Shown here: positions 21,794 through 34,988 of the stretch, in pieces
Layout of the letters: each line of letters starts with the position of its first letter
Position numbering within the stretch: the stretch's first letter is position 1
NCBI GenBank assembly: GCA_040437565.1
Contig: JBDOQK010000053.1
Location: 62,001-126,000 of the forward strand
Source: Albugo candida
Taxonomy: Eukaryota
Length of the DNA stretch: 64,000 nucleotides
Direction of reading: 5' to 3'
The notes under the pieces: model-generated
The model's database searches: none
What the model was told of the DNA's origin: nothing
What the model saw: the letters and a program-made list of their open reading frames with translations, nothing else
Position numbers and translations under genes: made by a program

Positions 21794-22501
21794 TTAGCTG
21801 TTCCTACTTCCTACGTTGATTGTTTGTTTTTTCGATACCAGAAGTTGCTTAAGTTGCTGTATCTGACGCTGCAAGTGCTCAACTGTTGCGCGCAATTCAT
21901 CCACTTTGCGATGTAACACGTCATTTTCGAGTCTGAGTGCTTTATTGAGCTTTTTGAAAAAGTTTGGTGAACTTTCATCATCAGTTTGGATATCGGGACG
22001 CTTTGAAACAACAGTACTGTTGGCTGAGACTTGCTGTAGTTGTTGATGATAATCACCAAGTAGTCGTACTGCGTTCTGATACTCGGTTTGAACTTTTGTG
22101 AGGTTGTTTTTTCGGTCCTCTAGTTCTGATAAAGTCGTTTCTAGTTGCGAGGAAAGCTTATCAATGCAATCCTTTTGGTCAGCAACCTCGGCTGCTTGCT
22201 GCTGAAGTCGCATTTTCAAAGTTTGATTCATTTCTGTTACCTCGAGTAGCGCATCATTCTGGCGCGCAAATGCTGACTCTGATTGAGCCTTCGAAGCCCT
22301 GAGATGACCAATCTCTCTCTTGAGCGACTCGTTCTCTTTGCGGAGTCTTTGGAGCTCGGTGCTGACGGTCGCTGAGTTTGCTGAGGTTGCTGGCCGGGTT
22401 CGCTGGTGTGGCTGCTCCTGAATTGGAACATAGCCACCACCGACGCGGCGCATGTTGGCGGGTTTAAGTCGTGAGTTTGTTGTTGTTTGTCTGGTGTTCA
22501 T
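21794..22501 (-). CDS. Coiled-coil protein of unknown function
   Basis: 235-aa ORF rich in heptad Q/E/L. Confidence 0.7.
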   Translation of the reverse strand: MNTRQTTTNSRLKPANMRRVGGGYVPIQEQPHQRTRPATSANSATVSTELQRLRKENESLKREIGHLRASKAQSESAFARQNDALLEVTEMNQTLKMRLQQQAAEVADQKDCIDKLSSQLETTLSELEDRKNNLTKVQTEYQNAVRLLGDYHQQLQQVSANSTVVSKRPDIQTDDESSPNFFKKLNKALRLENDVLHRKVDELRATVEHLQRQIQQLKQLLVSKKQTINVGSRNS

Positions 22502-22912
22502 CGTTGGTTAATTGGATAGTGAGAACCAAAGCAGTCCGAGGATTAAGCATCGAAGACGAAAGAATACGACAGAAGAAAAGAACAGCATTATATTGAGTCT
22601 CTTAGCTAGAAATTCGTCGTCGCCGATTCCTATAGTGATTCCTAGTGTCGTGATAAAGCCCGGATATGAAAAGAAAAATTAGATGGAAATTAACCAATTC
22701 AAGATTGAGTTGACAGAAAATGACCAGACAATGGAAGTTTTTTGAAGGAATCGTCTATTGAGGCGAAAGGAGACATTATGTAGGGTATTAATGTACGTTG
22801 TGACACATTACTGTAAGGACATGCATCGAACATTATTTACCGAGTTTTACAGATCAGATTACTATCTATCAAATAAATCTTTCATCCAATTGAGATACAT
22901 CAAAACCTGCTC

Positions 22913-23872
22913 TCAGATCATTTCCTGTATTCTCCGATCAAATTGCAGCTCCAATTCACTCAATTCTTCGGTTGCCCGAGCCAACGCAATTTTTGCTTTA
23001 TTTAGATCAAGAGGCAAATCAGAATATTCATCGAGCTGTTTCTTCAAATGCTGAATCTCTCTCTCATCCGCTTCCAGTTTCTGCGTCCAAGATATCCGCC
23101 CTCAATTCCGAAATGTGAACAAGGTTCTAGATGACGTGCTTACATTTTCCAATTCCACGATAGCATCATGATCGCACCTAATACCAACTGATTTCAGCGA
23201 TGACTTACTACCGATTCTCAAATATACTTGGATTCAATTTCATGAAAAAAACCGATCTGATTCAGTGAAGCTTCCAACGCGAGCTATTGTATAGAATTTC
23301 AAAGTAATTTTACACATCGCCGACGATCAAGGCAATAACTTACCACTTGCTTCCTCCTGGCCTCTATTTCCATCTCAACTTCATCACATCGTTTCTCCAT
23401 TGTCAAAGAATGCTCTACGAATATAGTTGACTCTATCTGACGATTCGATGAAAGTGATTACAAACCCATTTCTTCTCTCTCTCGTGAGGCGATAGTCAAG
23501 TGCCCTTCAGTCGCTCGAAGACGCTCAAAATCAGACTGAAGTTGTTTCTGCTGCAAAAGTTTCCGATCAATCCGGTGTTGTGATTCAATCGCTTCCTCGG
23601 TTGCACTTTGAAGTTTCTCTTCCAAGCCTGTTATTGCCGATAAGTAGCTACTCGTATGCACGTTTTTCAACTGTAACAATATCGCGGTTTCCGTTAATGT
23701 TCGCAAGTACAAGCGACCATTCTACCAAATACATAAGCTTTATATTTCTGCTCAACTTCGTGCTTACAACTGATAGATTTCCTTCCTCAATACCCATCCT
23801 ACTCAGAAGGACTTTTTTGTACCCGACTTCTGCCTCATATTCCGCCTCTATCGACGACATCATCTGCTCCAT
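22913..23872 (-). CDS. HAUS1: Augmin subunit HAUS1-like, multi-exon
   Basis: Manual last exon: LKKQLDEYSDLPLDLNKAKIALARATEELSELELQFDRRIQEMI*; upstream DHDAIVEL; N-terminal EYEAE. Confidence 0.65.
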
Positions 23873-24082
23873 CCCTATTTTAGAGACCGGTACAAACACT
23901 ATTGTGTCTCTACCCTTGAATGTAGTGTATAATCAATTTCTGTAATTTAATTGAGAGATCAGATCCCTTCGCTCAATATAGACTCCTTTTCTACAAAAGC
24001 TGTTAATATGTGGATACAATCTCAAAGTGAATGAGACACTATTGACAACAATTCAACTGGTAGCACCCAATCTATTTTTCAT

Positions 24083-26311
24083 TCATTCAAGAGCTGGGTT
24101 CTTATTGCGCGCACATTCCATGACGTCTTTCGCAAGTCTGGCCGCAGATTCCATCATTTGATACTCTTCCGCACTCACATTACTTCGAGGATTACTATCA
24201 AAGGCGCAAAGTAGTGCTACGTCGGGCTTTTGCGACATTTGAAGTGGAATCCCCAAGACAAATATCGCGTCCACCGCGCTTGCGTCACGTGGTTTCCATT
24301 CTTGATCCATATTTGTGTCTTTTACGACAATGGGCTTTCCATTCCGCGCACACTGTTCGAATCTTTTATCTGTTCTCAGCTTCAAACGCTGATCTTTTAT
24401 TCCAGTGAATGCTTTCATCTTCAGTCCATTCGATTCGACCACCGCAATAAACACATTTTGACAGTTTAAACGCGATGCGATCATTTGACACATTCTTTGA
24501 AGGACCGTGGGTTTGCGATCACGACCAGTCGGTCGATGTGAACTCGTCACTGCCTTTCGACGCAATTGCTTCCTGATGGACTTGGTAGGATGTTGAGTGA
24601 TCACTTCACCGTATCCGGACGTGAAGTCGGCGCTGAGTGGCTCATTTTGGTATGACACGGCGCGATCTCGTGTCGCAAAGGAAACACTTGCGGAAGTTGG
24701 GTCATTGGTGAGGTCAAAAGAGACAGATTTCTGTTTTGTCTGCTTTGCTCGAATATTAAACGATCCAGACTGAGTATTGGCTCCATTTCTATTCGAGTGA
24801 GAACGAGTTGTCTGGACACTATGAAATGTTGGTCGTACACTGGCAATTCCTCTCGAATAAAGCCTTGAGATCTCTTCAAGATCGGCGCAGCTCGAATGAC
24901 TCCTTGATCGTGTAGTTCGCCCACATTGCATACTCCTTGTGATATTAGGAGCGTTGATTGGCCTCGAAGATATCGTCGCATCATTTTCTTTCCCTCTACC
25001 ATTTTGCATCAATCTCTTCTCGATCTTGGAGGTGCTCAGAAGCATATCATCGAAATTCATCGACGTAGCTGTAGAACGTCCGCTGCTTTTCTTATAACCA
25101 GATTCTGGTTGTGCAAAAGCCGAAGGTAGGAATGTCTCATTCGCTGGCTCCATTTCCGCTCGTATCATACACAATTTACATACTTGAGTATCAACAGGAT
25201 TTGATTCGCGTGGCCACACTTGCATTACATGGGTACACTTTGAGCACGTTGTCGATCGACAAACGCCACAGCAGGTCGTGCGACGGTACCAACGAGAACG
25301 CTTACTGCAAACGGCACACTTCGTATTATCCAATAAGCTTACTGACTCGGGATGCACAACCAAGTCTCCAAGTTTTCGCTGAGTAGTGACGTGGTCAAGG
25401 TTGTACAGTGAATTGACCAATATAGTCATTGTTTCTATTGTTGCGGGCGGTATATCATTTAGTGTCACATTTGATTTTTTTGAACGAAAACGTGCGGTTG
25501 TGTATGCAAGCACTTGTGTTAGGTTCGCTTTGATACTTTTATTCGTTTGAATGTCGAATGTGATTCCAATGCTTTGAACATCATCTTGTAGGCACAAACA
25601 ATTGCCTTTCTTGACAATTTTTTCGTGAACGATCTTGGGAATTGTCTTCCAAGCAATAATAGCACGTTTCTGATGTTCGAGTCGTTGTGTACACGTTCCG
25701 AAATATAAATCTTGTGGTTTAGCTGCGCTCTTTGTTTGGAGTCTCATCGCTTGGACTTTGATGAGGGAAGGCTCAATATCGTCGGTTTGCGCTGAAATGT
25801 ATTCGAGCTGATCGGATTTGAGCGGTCGAAATTGTCGGAAGAGATATTGGCCTCCAACAAAATTCGTACCCAGTGTCATTTTCATGGCAGTCACATAATT
25901 TTTGACATCGGTGCTCTCCAGCACATCGACAATCTGATTGACACTGGCTCGAAGTTGGATGGAACTACACATTTTATAGACATACTCGACGGTATCATGA
26001 CTTATTTGTTCTCGATGAAGATGATCCGCTTTTACGTAGCTGAATTGGCGGATAGATTCGTTTTGCATGCGTGCGGCAAAGTTCGTAATGAATGGGTCGC
26101 CCAAATGAGAGAAGAGTGAGGTGACATCAGCAGCGATCACAGTCGGTGGCATACGGAGGCGATGGGAAGATACATGTCGCCTAGTCTTATGCGTACTCCG
26201 AAGACTATTCGTTGAATGCTTGACGCTTGGTAGTGAGTCAAAGCCGGTGTTTATGTCAGTAGACATTGTTGAATGATATTCTGCTCTAAAGGACAAACAA
26301 GCTAGAAACAT
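24083..26311 (-). CDS. FYVE-like zinc finger plus GAF domain protein (oomycete-type architecture)
   Basis: CAVC..CGVC..CSKC..VCKLC; C-terminal KPIVVKDT..FVLGIPL..LCAFDSNPR (GAF-like). Confidence 0.75.
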   Translation of the reverse strand: MFLACLSFRAEYHSTMSTDINTGFDSLPSVKHSTNSLRSTHKTRRHVSSHRLRMPPTVIAADVTSLFSHLGDPFITNFAARMQNESIRQFSYVKADHLHREQISHDTVEYVYKMCSSIQLRASVNQIVDVLESTDVKNYVTAMKMTLGTNFVGGQYLFRQFRPLKSDQLEYISAQTDDIEPSLIKVQAMRLQTKSAAKPQDLYFGTCTQRLEHQKRAIIAWKTIPKIVHEKIVKKGNCLCLQDDVQSIGITFDIQTNKSIKANLTQVLAYTTARFRSKKSNVTLNDIPPATIETMTILVNSLYNLDHVTTQRKLGDLVVHPESVSLLDNTKCAVCSKRSRWYRRTTCCGVCRSTTCSKCTHVMQVWPRESNPVDTQVCKLCMIRAEMEPANETFLPSAFAQPESGYKKSSGRSTATSMNFDDMLLSTSKIEKRLMQNGRGKENDATISSRPINAPNITRSMQCGRTTRSRSHSSCADLEEISRLYSRGIASVRPTFHSVQTTRSHSNRNGANTQSGSFNIRAKQTKQKSVSFDLTNDPTSASVSFATRDRAVSYQNEPLSADFTSGYGEVITQHPTKSIRKQLRRKAVTSSHRPTGRDRKPTVLQRMCQMIASRLNCQNVFIAVVESNGLKMKAFTGIKDQRLKLRTDKRFEQCARNGKPIVVKDTNMDQEWKPRDASAVDAIFVLGIPLQMSQKPDVALLCAFDSNPRSNVSAEEYQMMESAARLAKDVMECARNKNPALE

Positions 26312-26739
26312 AGGGTTTTCAGATGACGTGGGAGGGTATGTGCTGGCAAGACGAATCGAATAACGCTCGCTTATGCGTTAATGAGGATAATCGCATCATT
26401 TATTCTTAATGATACATTTGACTTGGTATAGTAAAGTGTAGTAAACCTTGTAAATTTCATCGATAGCAAGCGACATGTTTCTTGCTGACATGTAATGCTC
26501 AAAACCTTCTAACAGATTATTGAAGATAGGGAGTAAGCAGCTGTAAAATATCAGCTATGAGTAGAACGTTCGAAAAACTCGGTGAATCCTTCGATATCAC
26601 TTCTCGCAGCCTGAACGATTGGTGAGTATTGATAAGCATCTGCGTATCTTATTGTGACAAGTCAACGAGTGGGTACCTGCAGAAACTATTACGATCAAGT
26701 CAGAATCTGATCACCACCATCATTCGCATTTTGGCAACT

Positions 26740-28282
26740 ATGGGGTGCTGTTTTTCTCAAGGGGAAGAGCTTGAGTACGATGTCAATAAAGCCCTCAAAA
26801 CGTAAGTGATGACATGTTGCGTATCGCGCCATGTCGCATCAATCCCTTACCTTAAGTAGAAAACGAGTCGATCTTGGAGATGCTTATACACATGAAGACA
26901 TGAAACCACGTACAAAGACACCCTATTCAGCTGCCATTGTGGCACATGCGAACACAGCTTTGGTAGAAGCGAGTACGTCATCATGTTTGGCAACCAAAAC
27001 CATGCTTTGTATGAATAATATTCGTTTGTAGAGGTCGGTTCCANNNNNNNNNNNNNNNNNNNNNNNNNNNNNNNNNNNNNNNNNNNNNNNNNNNNNNNNN
27101 NNNNNNNNNNNNNNNNNNNNNNNNNNNNNNNNNNNNNNNNNNNATTCGTTTGTAGAGGTCGGTTCCAACACTATCAACAAAGTGACTGACGCTCCAGATG
27201 CCCATCAGAAGTGTCTCGATGAAGATTCAAAGTCGCCAGTGTTTGTGAAAAGCATTGTAGAAACCAATATGGATCATTCTTTTGTAGAGAAGCATCGGCA
27301 TGATTCCACCTCATCCTTTATTGAGCTCGAGGCACCTGCAGCGTCAGTTGACGAATTAGCTTTTCGTAATGGACCGAAAATGGAGATGATATCTACGCGC
27401 GACTTTGAGTACGGTGAGCCTGATTGCGCTAAAGTATTCCCAACATCGATGGTCGTAGAAGCTGATACCACTCAGAAGATTGCTATGACTCCAATTTCAT
27501 CCTCATCTTCCTCATCTCCCTCATCATCGTCAACTGCATCAACTCCTCAGTCAATCGCACCGGAAGTGGATTTCGTCGAAAGACAAGATATCAGCATTCA
27601 GAAGGCTGATCAAGACACTCAGTTTATTATTCTCAACAGAGAAGAGAGTGAAATAAAAAAGCTGCCGACCGTAGTCCCGATTAATGAAGATGAAGATGAG
27701 GCAGCATCTATTAGTTCTTCATCGTCGAGCTCGGCACAATCTGCGACATCATCGGAAGACGAAGAAGACACTGATGAAGCGGATGATGACGAAGACAACG
27801 AAGAAGATGATATTGGAGAACAAAACAACGAAAAGGAAGATAATGAAGAAGATAACGAAGAAGAAGACAGCGGGACGGAAAGCTCGAAGGAAGAGGAATT
27901 CTACAAAATTAAGCAGAATCCATCTCCAAAATTTATACTCCTTCACAATAATGAAAATGCACTTAATGGCAACAGCTGCTTTTCACCTGCAATGTCCAAG
28001 TCCAGAGTTGTCTCCATCGGTGGATCCTCATCCCGATCCTCATCCTCGTCATCTCAATCGTCCCCGTCATCTCAATCTTCCTCGTCTTCATCATCTAGCA
28101 CAACGCCAAAATCGCATATTGTTGATGTAAACCGACCAAATCATCCGGAACTTCAAAATTACAAATCGGAACAAGAGTCATCAATAATGACATCGGATGT
28201 GTTCACGTCAACTTGTGAGACACAAGAAGATTTCAAACTTAATAACACGAACATCAAGATAAACAACAACCACCGAAAATGA
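26740..28282 (+). CDS. Low-complexity Ser/acidic protein with MGCC acylation motif; spliced, spans a gap
   Basis: ATG 26740 MGCCFSQGEELEY after TCATTCGCATTTT initiator-like motif; two GT-AG introns; poly-S and D/E tracts. Confidence 0.6.
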
Positions 28283-28380
28283 GAAAAAATAATCTGCTTG
28301 ACTCTTTGTATTAATGGACTCTGTCAATCTATATGCCTGAAAGCATTATTAAACATTGAAGCCGCACAATTTCATCAATC

Positions 28381-29010
28381 ATGCGGTTTTCTTATGCATC
28401 ACGCTACACCTCAAAATGCGTGAAAGTCCTTCCATACGTTACATCGCTAGGTTTCTGTACTGGAATCGACTGCCTTTCAAGTCGAGCTTATACAAAACCA
28501 GCACAATGCGGTTCTGCCTCTCAGGAATCGGATTGTACTTCCACCACTGCCTTGCTACTTTTACGAGGCATCGGTGCTGGAATCGCATGGACCATCAGCG
28601 TGGATTTCTACTCGTTACTGAATTTACCCGATCACATTTGGCTCAAAGATAAAACGCTACACACGGCCCCACAACGCCGTATACAAATAGCAAGAGAAGT
28701 TTTCAAATCCGTAGCACTGTTATGTGGACGGAATGTATTGGGATTTGTCACGTTTTTAGGACTTTTTGGCGGCGTCTCATGTGGTTTAGAGATACTGCGA
28801 CATCGAAAAGATGCGCTGAATCCATTTTGCGGCGGTTTTGTTGCGGCATTGGCTGTATTGTCTAACGAGGTCAACAAACCTCGTGCGGTTCTGACAAGCG
28901 CTTTGTTCTGCGGAATCACGTCGATGGGGCTATGGTGGTCTATACCGACGAGTGGTAGTCAGTCTGGAATGACCGCAGGGTCTGAAATCAAGAATCAAGA
29001 ATGTATCTGA
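28381..29010 (+). CDS. Tim17/Tim22/Tim23 family membrane protein
   Basis: GFVTFLGLFGGVSCGLEILRHRKDALNPFCGGFVAA. Confidence 0.75.
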   Translation: MRFSYASRYTSKCVKVLPYVTSLGFCTGIDCLSSRAYTKPAQCGSASQESDCTSTTALLLLRGIGAGIAWTISVDFYSLLNLPDHIWLKDKTLHTAPQRRIQIAREVFKSVALLCGRNVLGFVTFLGLFGGVSCGLEILRHRKDALNPFCGGFVAALAVLSNEVNKPRAVLTSALFCGITSMGLWWSIPTSGSQSGMTAGSEIKNQECI

Positions 29011-30994
29011 CCAGACATGCACATAGAAGTCAATCAAATAATTGCATTACGTGTTTTATGCTGAGTACTTGATGTTAACGCGTCCTCAACTAATGTTACA
29101 TCCACACTTTTGAGTATCCTAAAATCATCATGTGAGTGAAAGCTTCCACACTTTAGACTAGAACAAATCCTCACCTCATCTTTTCTTAACGCATTCAGAT
29201 CAGAATGGGCCTTCATAATGGTCCTTTGATTCGCAGAATAGCAAATAGAGGTGCCCCTCATTCCACACATGAAATTTTCTTTTTCCATCCGCGATTGACT
29301 CTTACTCAAATCAGTCCGCACATGACTCAAGCGTGATGATGCGAGGGTATCGATTTGTTCATAAAGATCGTCTTCCGACTCTAGAAAAATTGTCGTCAAG
29401 TGAACATACGCGACGTTCAACAACACACACCGAATGTCGTTCGCTCGTGGCAAATCTTGAGGGCAATTCCTCTCTGGAGATGTTGGAGTCCCTATCACCT
29501 CAAAAGTGCATAAGAACTTTGGATTTGTGATCGTGTCTTACCTCCACCCAAAATCGAGCTACTTCTTCTGTTACGGCACGCAAAATAACCAGACCATCTT
29601 CTGTTCTCAAATGTATCTGCTTAGCATCGGAGTCCATTATATCAATTTCTTTGGCTCGACGTAGATCAGTGACCAGAATTGGGGACTGTGGGGGACATTT
29701 CTGACCACGGTAGATGAGCAGAGCTCGAAAAGACCAATGTAGTGTTACATGAGAGCGATAAACCGTCAGACAAAATCCATAAGTCTGGAAAAGAAGCGGT
29801 TGCCAAGTGCCATCTAANNNNNNNNNNNNNNNNNNNNNNNNNNNNNNNNNNNNNNNNNNNNNNNNNNNNNNNNNNNNNNNNNNNNNNNNNNNNNNNNNNN
29901 NNNNNNNNNNNNNNNNNGGATTTGTCACGTTTTTAGGACTTTTTGGCGGCGTCTCATGTGGTTTAGAGATACTGCGACATCGAAAAGATGCGCTGAATCC
30001 ATTTTGCGGCGGTTTTGTTGCGGCATTGGCTGTATTGTCTAACGAGGTCAACAAACCTCGTGCGGTTCTGACAAGCGCTTTGTTCTGCGGAATCACGTCG
30101 ATGGGGCTATGGTGGTCTATACCGACGAGTGGTAGTCAGTCTGGAATGACCGCAGGGTCTGAAATCAAGAATCAAGAATGTATCTGACCAGACATGCACA
30201 TAGAAGTCAATCAAATAATTGCATTACGTGTTTTATGCTGAGTACTTGATGTTAACGCGTCCTCAACTAATGTTACATCCACACTTTTGAGTATCCTAAA
30301 ATCATCATGTGAGTGAAAGCTTCCACACTTTAGACTAGAACAAATCCTCACCTCATCTTTTCTTAACGCATTCAGATCAGAATGGGCCTTCATAATGGTC
30401 CTTTGATTCGCAGAATAGCAAATAGAGGTGCCCCTCATTCCACACATGAAATTTTCTTTTTCCATCCGCGATTGACTCTTACTCAAATCAGTCCGCACAT
30501 GACTCAAGCGTGATGATGCGAGGGTATCGATTTGTTCATAAAGATCGTCTTCCGACTCTAGAAAAATTGTCGTCAAGTGAACATACGCGACGTTCAACAA
30601 CACACACCGAATGTCGTTCGCTCGTGGCAAATCTTGAGGGCAATTCCTCTCTGGAGATGTTGGAGTCCCTATCACCTCAAAAGTGCATAAGAACTTTGGA
30701 TTTGTGATCGTGTCTTACCTCCACCCAAAATCGAGCTACTTCTTCTGTTACGGCACGCAAAATAACCAGACCATCTTCTGTTCTCAAATGTATCTGCTTA
30801 GCATCGGAGTCCATTATATCAATTTCTTTGGCTCGACGTAGATCAGTGACCAGAATTGGGGACTGTGGGGGACATTTCTGACCACGGTAGATGAGCAGAG
30901 CTCGAAAAGACCAATGTAGTGTTACATGAGAGCGATAAACCGTCAGACAAAATCCATAAGTCTGGAAAAGAAGCGGTTGCCAAGTGCCATCTAA
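28741..30994. repeat. Apparently identical 1077-bp duplication (28741-29817 = 29918-30994) around an N gap, likely assembly overlap
   Basis: Copies abut the gap exactly and give identical ORF translations. Confidence 0.85.
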
Positions 30995-31275
30995 CGTTTT
31001 ATAATCCAGAAAACCTGATACAACCCAAACTGAAAAACAACCTTTGCACCCCTTTCACAAATTATGTACCCGACAATCCTAATAAAATGTATTGAGTGGA
31101 CATGTGAAAAATCAAGCATGCTTGAACCTTTTTCATCAAGCACGACACTGTCAGCACGCTGTTTACGACCGCTTGAAGAATCCAAATAATTTTCATCGAG
31201 ACTTTCGCGATTTTTGCATTCAATTGGTGCTACTGAGGAAGTATCTTCGCGACGTCTTTGTTCGAGCAACATCAT
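30211..31275 (-). CDS. PH-domain-like protein, multi-exon; start uncertain; 3' part duplicated at 29034-29817
   Basis: IVGYII..DGTWQPLLFQTYGFCLTVYR...IHLRTEDGLVILRAVTEEVARFWVE. Confidence 0.55.
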
Positions 31276-31394
31276 CGTGCGAATCCTTCGAACTTAGCTG
31301 CTGTTCTAATTTTGCCATTTTTGGTGAATTCATGTACTTTATGGTCATTGAATTATCACTAACTTACCACGGGGTTTTTTAGACAGTCAAACGA

Positions 31395-33141
31395 ATGCGA
31401 ATCTCTTTAAACCAACTAGTCACAAAAAGATATAGACGTTTTCAATATCGCCACGGATTCAATAGAATTCAAACCTATTCAGGACTGATCCTTACTGGAG
31501 CGATCACCACTGGGGTTTTATGTGCACAATCTCGCGCACTTTACGTACAATGCGAAAATACACATCANNNNNNNNNNNNNNNNNNNNNNNNNNNNNNNNN
31601 NNNNNNNNNNNNNNNNNNNNNNNNNNNNNNNNNNNNNNNNNNNNNNNNNNNNNNNNNNNNNNNNNNNTTAAACCAACTAGTCACAAAAAGATATAGACGT
31701 TTTCAATATCGCCACGGATTCAATAGAATTCAAACCTATTCAGGACTGATCCTTACTGGAGCGATCACCACTGGGGTTTTATGTGCACAATCTCGCGCAC
31801 TTTACGTACAATGCGAAAATACACATCATACTGCTGACAAGCAAATTGTAACGGATTCGTTTCAGTACAAGATTCTAATTGAAGAGTATTGGAAGAATGC
31901 CAAAAGCTTGCACTCACCCTCTACACGCTTTCAAGCTTTTGCTTCAAAGCGAATAGCAGCCGGTAGTGACGCAGACAACCAAGTTTTTGCAATGACCTTT
32001 ACGGACTTTATCGCTTCCTTCCTTGTACCAAGATTCCGACTTTACGAGCTCGTAAGATTTTTTTACAAATTTGAGGATTCATAATGTGATCACCAAATCT
32101 TTTACTCAGAATCCTGATTACCTGTACGAAACGGAATTTTTAGGAAACGATGAAGGACTCATCACGTTTGAAGAGTATTTAGCCATTATACACTTACTAC
32201 AGAGTAATTATACACACACTACACAGTTCCTCATTTACATGGTGCTTGAGTAGTTCCAAAAATCCATTTCGATGTGGCTTTCTCAGTCTTCGATCTGGAC
32301 GGAGATGATGCAGTGGATAAAGCGGAATTCTGCCACGTTATGGAAAATTTGTTAAGCTCTCAGCAAAATCAATCATGGACCCTCACATCGATCGATATCG
32401 AGAAAACTTTTACTCGCTTAATTGCCCACTTATTTGAGGATTCCGGCAGTATCTCAGCCACAAAGTTCGAAAACGTGTTGGATCAAATCCGGACTCAGAT
32501 ACTCCGCGCGGAGTTTGATTCTTGCGCAACTCGGACTCCCAACACGCAAGAACGTGCCATGTCGATGCACGATTTTGCTATCACTCTTATAGCCGGATGT
32601 GATCCTCATCAACTAAAGATCTACTTGAGTCGTCTCAGTAAGCTTCACGCCAGCAACGTACGTAAATTACTTTGCGCTTCCATCAATCTTATGTGCGTTT
32701 TTCTTACCAGGAACGTGTGAATTGGAACGAATTCTACAAATTTCACTTCTACGTTCAGCACAATCTTCGAGATATTAAGCTGGCGCTAGATCTGACTGGG
32801 AAAGAAGAGATTGACGAAGCCGATTTCATTCGGGCAGTAGCGATCGTATGTGATATTGAACTATCTTATCCAGTCAGTCAGCAGATATTTCACGTTTTCG
32901 ATCGAAATGGTATTTTTTTGTTTGGGAACTCGTGACAGACAAATGACCTACGCAAAATGTCTACAGAGAATGGACTTTTGGACAGCTCCGAACTACTGCA
33001 CATGCTCCAGCTCCGTGACAGCACAGGTTTCTGTAAGGTACTTAACGCGCGTTGCGTACTTTAGTGGTCTTAGTTTTGTAATAACAGGCACATCTGGACT
33101 CAAAAATGAAACGATTTTGGAATTGTATAGGCGCAACGTAA
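31395..33141 (+). CDS. MICU1: Mitochondrial calcium uptake MICU-like EF-hand protein, multi-exon
   Basis: Presequence; MTFTDFI, GLITFEEYL, VAFSVFDLDGDDAVDKAEF, IFHVFDRN. Confidence 0.8.
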
Positions 33142-33153
33142 AACAAAAGAACT

Positions 33154-34814
33154 TTAAACGCTTTGCTTATCCTTTTGATGATGATACGCCATTCCTGTTC
33201 CGGAAATGTTGTCACCCAAGCCCGCAGTATGATCAGGCTGCTTACAAGCGAGCATTGGTACCAAGTAACATTGAAAACTATCAGCTTCTTTCCATGTCAA
33301 GACGGGCGTAAATGGATCCAGAGAGAGTTTGCTGACTTTACTCTTTTCACTCAACAGAATGTCGCGAGGAAGTAACATTTCAACGCGATTGATATCGATC
33401 TCCATTTTCGAACTATGCTGGATGCCGTCACGTGCCTTCTGATTCTTTCCGCATGCCAATTTTGTGCTCATCAACGCAGCTTGAATAAGCGCCTTTGTTG
33501 GATCTTGCCATGTGCTCTTATCCTCCTGACAAAGAATGTGGAACTGAAGTGTGTGGAAATGCATTCGACCGAGTTGTGCCAAAGCGTATTTCTTGGAATC
33601 AACTTCCGTGTCCACATTTTTGACCGAACGAAAATGCATTTTGGCCTTTTTTGAATAAAGCAATATGTCATGCACCTGCTCTGTGACTTGAGCTACGGTT
33701 GGCCGAGACCCTGTGGCTTTGACTTCCTGATCCGAGACGAGATATCGATGAAGGATAAACAACTCTTGTTCATTCAGGCCGATTGAATTCACCCAGGGCA
33801 AAACCAATGACGTCGTATCGCCAAAAAGTGTAAAGTCTACAAAACGAGTGAGTTCTCTTCAGATTCTTCAAGTCGTAAAAAGTACTCACCGGACACGGCC
33901 GCAAACTCATAATGCGATGGCGTTTTTTGTAAATACAGATTTTTTAATAGCTCTGAAAGCTTTACGAGCCTGGAAAGTCTTTGCTCGTCATCAGTTTCCA
34001 CTTCCATCAATTGTAATCCGCCGATAACAACCAAATCAGGCTGAAATTCTTCTAGAGCTTCTTCAAACGCCTCTAATACTGAGAATTTGGCGTTGTAGAT
34101 GTCATGATTCAGATAATATCGGTTCGCGCGTGGAGAAGTAAATCCGCTAAAGGATTCCTCCTTTCCATATTCCAAAACCAAATGAACATCTTCTTGTTCC
34201 TGATCGCTCAATTCCCCGACAATTTGAATTAACGGATTGTAATGCTTTCTCATTTCTTTGCCAATGGCTGCGCCCAATAAGACCTGACACCCTTCTGCGG
34301 CAGCTCGTTCTGCCATCGTCGCCGCATTTCCACCAACAGATTGCTTAACATTTGATAGTGTTTTAGCAATAGCGACAATCTGATGGAATTCGATGAATGA
34401 CGACATACTTTGCTCTGCAGCAGCACCACTGGAAAAGTAGTACGAAAAGCTTTGGAATAGCTCGGGTATGGATGTGATTCTTTCGTGATGTTGACTCACG
34501 AGATTTTCGAGATCCTCAGGCGATTGCTGTTCCGTGAGTACCTTCATGAGGTCAACGGCTCGAACCGATACATCCAAATCAGCACTACAACAAAATGCTA
34601 AGCGGATGGGTTTGGTAGGCTCAGAGGTCTTATAGGAAGCCTCCGTTGGACGCGTTTGATAGAGAAGCGATTTATAAAATTGAAGCTGTTCTGCCTCACT
34701 CAAGTGTGGGGATGAGGTGGGAAGTAATGAGGCAAAAAAATCGATAAAGAAGATCGCAAGCAAACTTATAACAAGTGAGTTAAACAACATGAACAGTTGT
34801 GAGGTGCTATACAT
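33154..34814 (-). CDS. ADPGK: ADP-dependent glucokinase (2 exons, N-terminal TM)
   Basis: VGGNAATMA, DVHLVLEY, PRANRY, SIGLNEQEL, HFHTLQFH, TAGLGDNISG. Confidence 0.9.
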
Positions 34815-34988
34815 GATGCTGAGGACCACGCGAAGTGGAGCAAGAAGACGATTATCAAATCGGATGCCAAGGTTTTCGGAGATATAACCAATGAAATGCT
34901 TTGTAGGAACTCAGCGGACATTACGAAAATTTATGAAGGTCGAATGTATTAAATAAAATAGTATCAAATGTAACTCGGGTTATGCTTC

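Noticed and set aside
28741-30994. Tandem duplication of Tim17 and PH genes
   Set aside because: Identical copies end exactly at a gap, like overlaps at ~8433, 27044, 31568, 56683 and 61366; most likely an assembly artefact
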